Source: Verrucomicrobiia bacterium (GTDB lineage Bacteria; Verrucomicrobiota; Verrucomicrobiia; Limisphaerales; UBA1319). Taken from it: DNA of 64,000 nt. The notes beneath the pieces are model-generated. The model was not told where the DNA came from. It ran no database searches and saw nothing but the letters and a program-made list of their open reading frames with translations. Numbering within the stretch: the stretch's first letter is position 1; every line of letters starts with the position of its first letter. Positions 62,355 to 64,000 of this stretch are shown one piece after another. A program made the translations under genes and the position numbers. The stretch covers positions 3,296,001 to 3,360,000 of the forward strand of contig OY760937.1 of the NCBI GenBank assembly GCA_963664225.1, given 5' to 3'.

Positions 62355-63980
62355 CTATCGAATCCGCCGTATGGCGTTGATCGGGTGTTGATCAATCACA
62401 TTGGGGTAAATGCCCTGGATTTTTGTGTCGTCGTAATAATTGATGCCCTTGTAGAAAAACAGCGGCACAATCGGCAATTCATCGCGCACGAGCAAAGTCT
62501 CGGCTTTTTGGAGTAATTTTTCCCGGGCGTCCATATCGCTTTGCAGGCCCGCCTGGTCCAGCAATTGGTCGTAAGCATTGTTTTTCCAGCCGGTGCGGTT
62601 GTTACCGTTATCGCTCAGGAAAAGGTCCAGAAAGGTGTTCGGATCGTTATAATCGGCCACCCAACTGCTGCGGCACATATCATAATCGAGCGCGCTTTGG
62701 GCGGCGAGCAGGGCCTTCCATTCCACCTGGCGCAATTCCATGTGCAGACCCAGTTCGCGTTCCCACATCTGCTGCAGCTCGACGGCAATTTTCTGGTGCA
62801 TTTTCGCCGAACCGCCCGCCGCCGCGTTGAACATGTAGGTGAATAATGGAAAACCAACTCCTCCCGGGTATCCCGCCTCGGCCAGCAAACGCCGCGCCGC
62901 CTCGGGATCGCGACCCAGGCCTTCCGGGGGATGATAGTGCGGAATAATGGGCGGTGTGATTTGGGAAGCGGCCTTTTCTCCTGCGGCGGTGATTTTTTCC
63001 ACCAGTCGTTGCTTGTCGATGGCCATGGCGAGCGCCCGGCGAACACGGGGATCATCGAACGGCTTTTTGGTGACGTTGATTCTGAAAAAATAGACACCCA
63101 GGTAATCGAACGTATGAAAGTCGGGGCGGCGGAGCAGGTTGTCGAGCAATTCGGCGGGCGCGAGTTCCTTGTCCCAGACGATGTCCGCCGCACCGGTCAG
63201 GTAGAGGTCTAGAGCGGTGACCGCCGATCCCACGGGCAGTAGGTCCACGCAATTATTCTGGGTATTGGCGGCATCCCAGTAGAGCGGATTTTTCCGGAGA
63301 CGAATCTTGTCATTTACACGCCAGCTTTCGAGCAGATAAGGCCCGCTGACGGGCAAAGGCTTTGCCAGCAACCACCGGTCCTCAAAGGCCTCGATCGTCT
63401 GACGCGGCACCACGGCCATCGTCGGGCAGGCGCAAAGATCCAGAAAATAAGGGGTGGGACGGCGCAGTTCGACGCGTAAAACCTGTGGGCTCAGGGCGCG
63501 CGCCCCCACAAGGGCGGCGTTCGTAACGATGCCACGATTAAACTCAGACGCGTTCTTGATGGGGAACAACTGGCTCGCGTAGTCCCCGGCCGTATAGGGA
63601 TTCAACACGCGTACCCAGGAATAGACGACGTCGGACGCTGTGATGGGCGCGCCGGTGGACCAGGTCGCGTTGGTGCGCAGGAAGAAAGTGTAAACCGTGC
63701 CGTCGGGTGAAAGTTCCCAGCGTTCGGCCAGTCCCGGCACGGGCGCGCCGGTGCGCGGATCGTTGCGCGTCAATCCCTCGAAAAGCGCGCCTGTGGCGCG
63801 GAGGTCCGCCTGACCGGTAACGACGGCCGGATCCAGGGATTCGGGTTCCGCGCCGTTGAGAATCACCAGATCGGCCCGGGGTTCGCGCGGTTTGCAGGCC
63901 GGTTGAATGACCAGGAGCGCGAGGAGACAGGCCTGAAGCAGTACCGTGCATCCGCGGAAAAATGCGCGTTTGAAATCCAT
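62355..63980 (-). CDS. oppA: Oligopeptide ABC transporter substrate-binding lipoprotein
   Basis: EPESLDP, LFEGL, PGLAERW, KNPLYWD, PFDDPRVRRAL and WVADYNDP. Confidence 0.9.
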   Translation of the reverse strand: MDFKRAFFRGCTVLLQACLLALLVIQPACKPREPRADLVILNGAEPESLDPAVVTGQADLRATGALFEGLTRNDPRTGAPVPGLAERWELSPDGTVYTFFLRTNATWSTGAPITASDVVYSWVRVLNPYTAGDYASQLFPIKNASEFNRGIVTNAALVGARALSPQVLRVELRRPTPYFLDLCACPTMAVVPRQTIEAFEDRWLLAKPLPVSGPYLLESWRVNDKIRLRKNPLYWDAANTQNNCVDLLPVGSAVTALDLYLTGAADIVWDKELAPAELLDNLLRRPDFHTFDYLGVYFFRINVTKKPFDDPRVRRALAMAIDKQRLVEKITAAGEKAASQITPPIIPHYHPPEGLGRDPEAARRLLAEAGYPGGVGFPLFTYMFNAAAGGSAKMHQKIAVELQQMWERELGLHMELRQVEWKALLAAQSALDYDMCRSSWVADYNDPNTFLDLFLSDNGNNRTGWKNNAYDQLLDQAGLQSDMDAREKLLQKAETLLVRDELPIVPLFFYKGINYYDDTKIQGIYPNVIDQHPINAIRRIR

Positions 63981-64000
63981 GAATACGGCGCGGAATCAAG

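Overview
This is a GC-rich bacterial window. Gene content suggests Verrucomicrobiota (inference from a prepilin/H-X9-DG protein, ECF sigma factors with long C-terminal extensions and secreted proteins with RFYR-type C-terminal repeats). The first 12 kb holds secreted/sugar-active and redox genes separated by mosaic intergenic repeats (GTAG-REP-like and other hairpin families), plus a small integrase-less array of integron-like cassettes with attC-like sites. The middle carries msrA, pgi, a hybrid histidine kinase, an ECF/anti-sigma pair, a MurQ/GKRP-like protein, kdgK, an ADP-forming acyl-CoA ligase-GNAT fusion, a complete hdrCBA-mvhDGA (group 3c [NiFe]) cluster, an sxtK/I/J-like trio, glycoside hydrolases and a tetR-cupin-qNor operon with an FNR-type box. 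The right end has rnhA, tRNA-His, coaD-yceD-rpmF-plsX-fabH, glnB-glnA, two paralogous extended ECF sigma factors, carbonic anhydrase, a Rid protein and OppA. The most unusual element is a ~1.74-kb insertion sequence after glnA: an AbrB-like ORF appears joined to a DDE transposase by a -1 frameshift signal, and the element has 15-bp inverted repeats and an 18-20-bp target duplication of a hairpin. All calls come from motif recognition only; no database searches were run.
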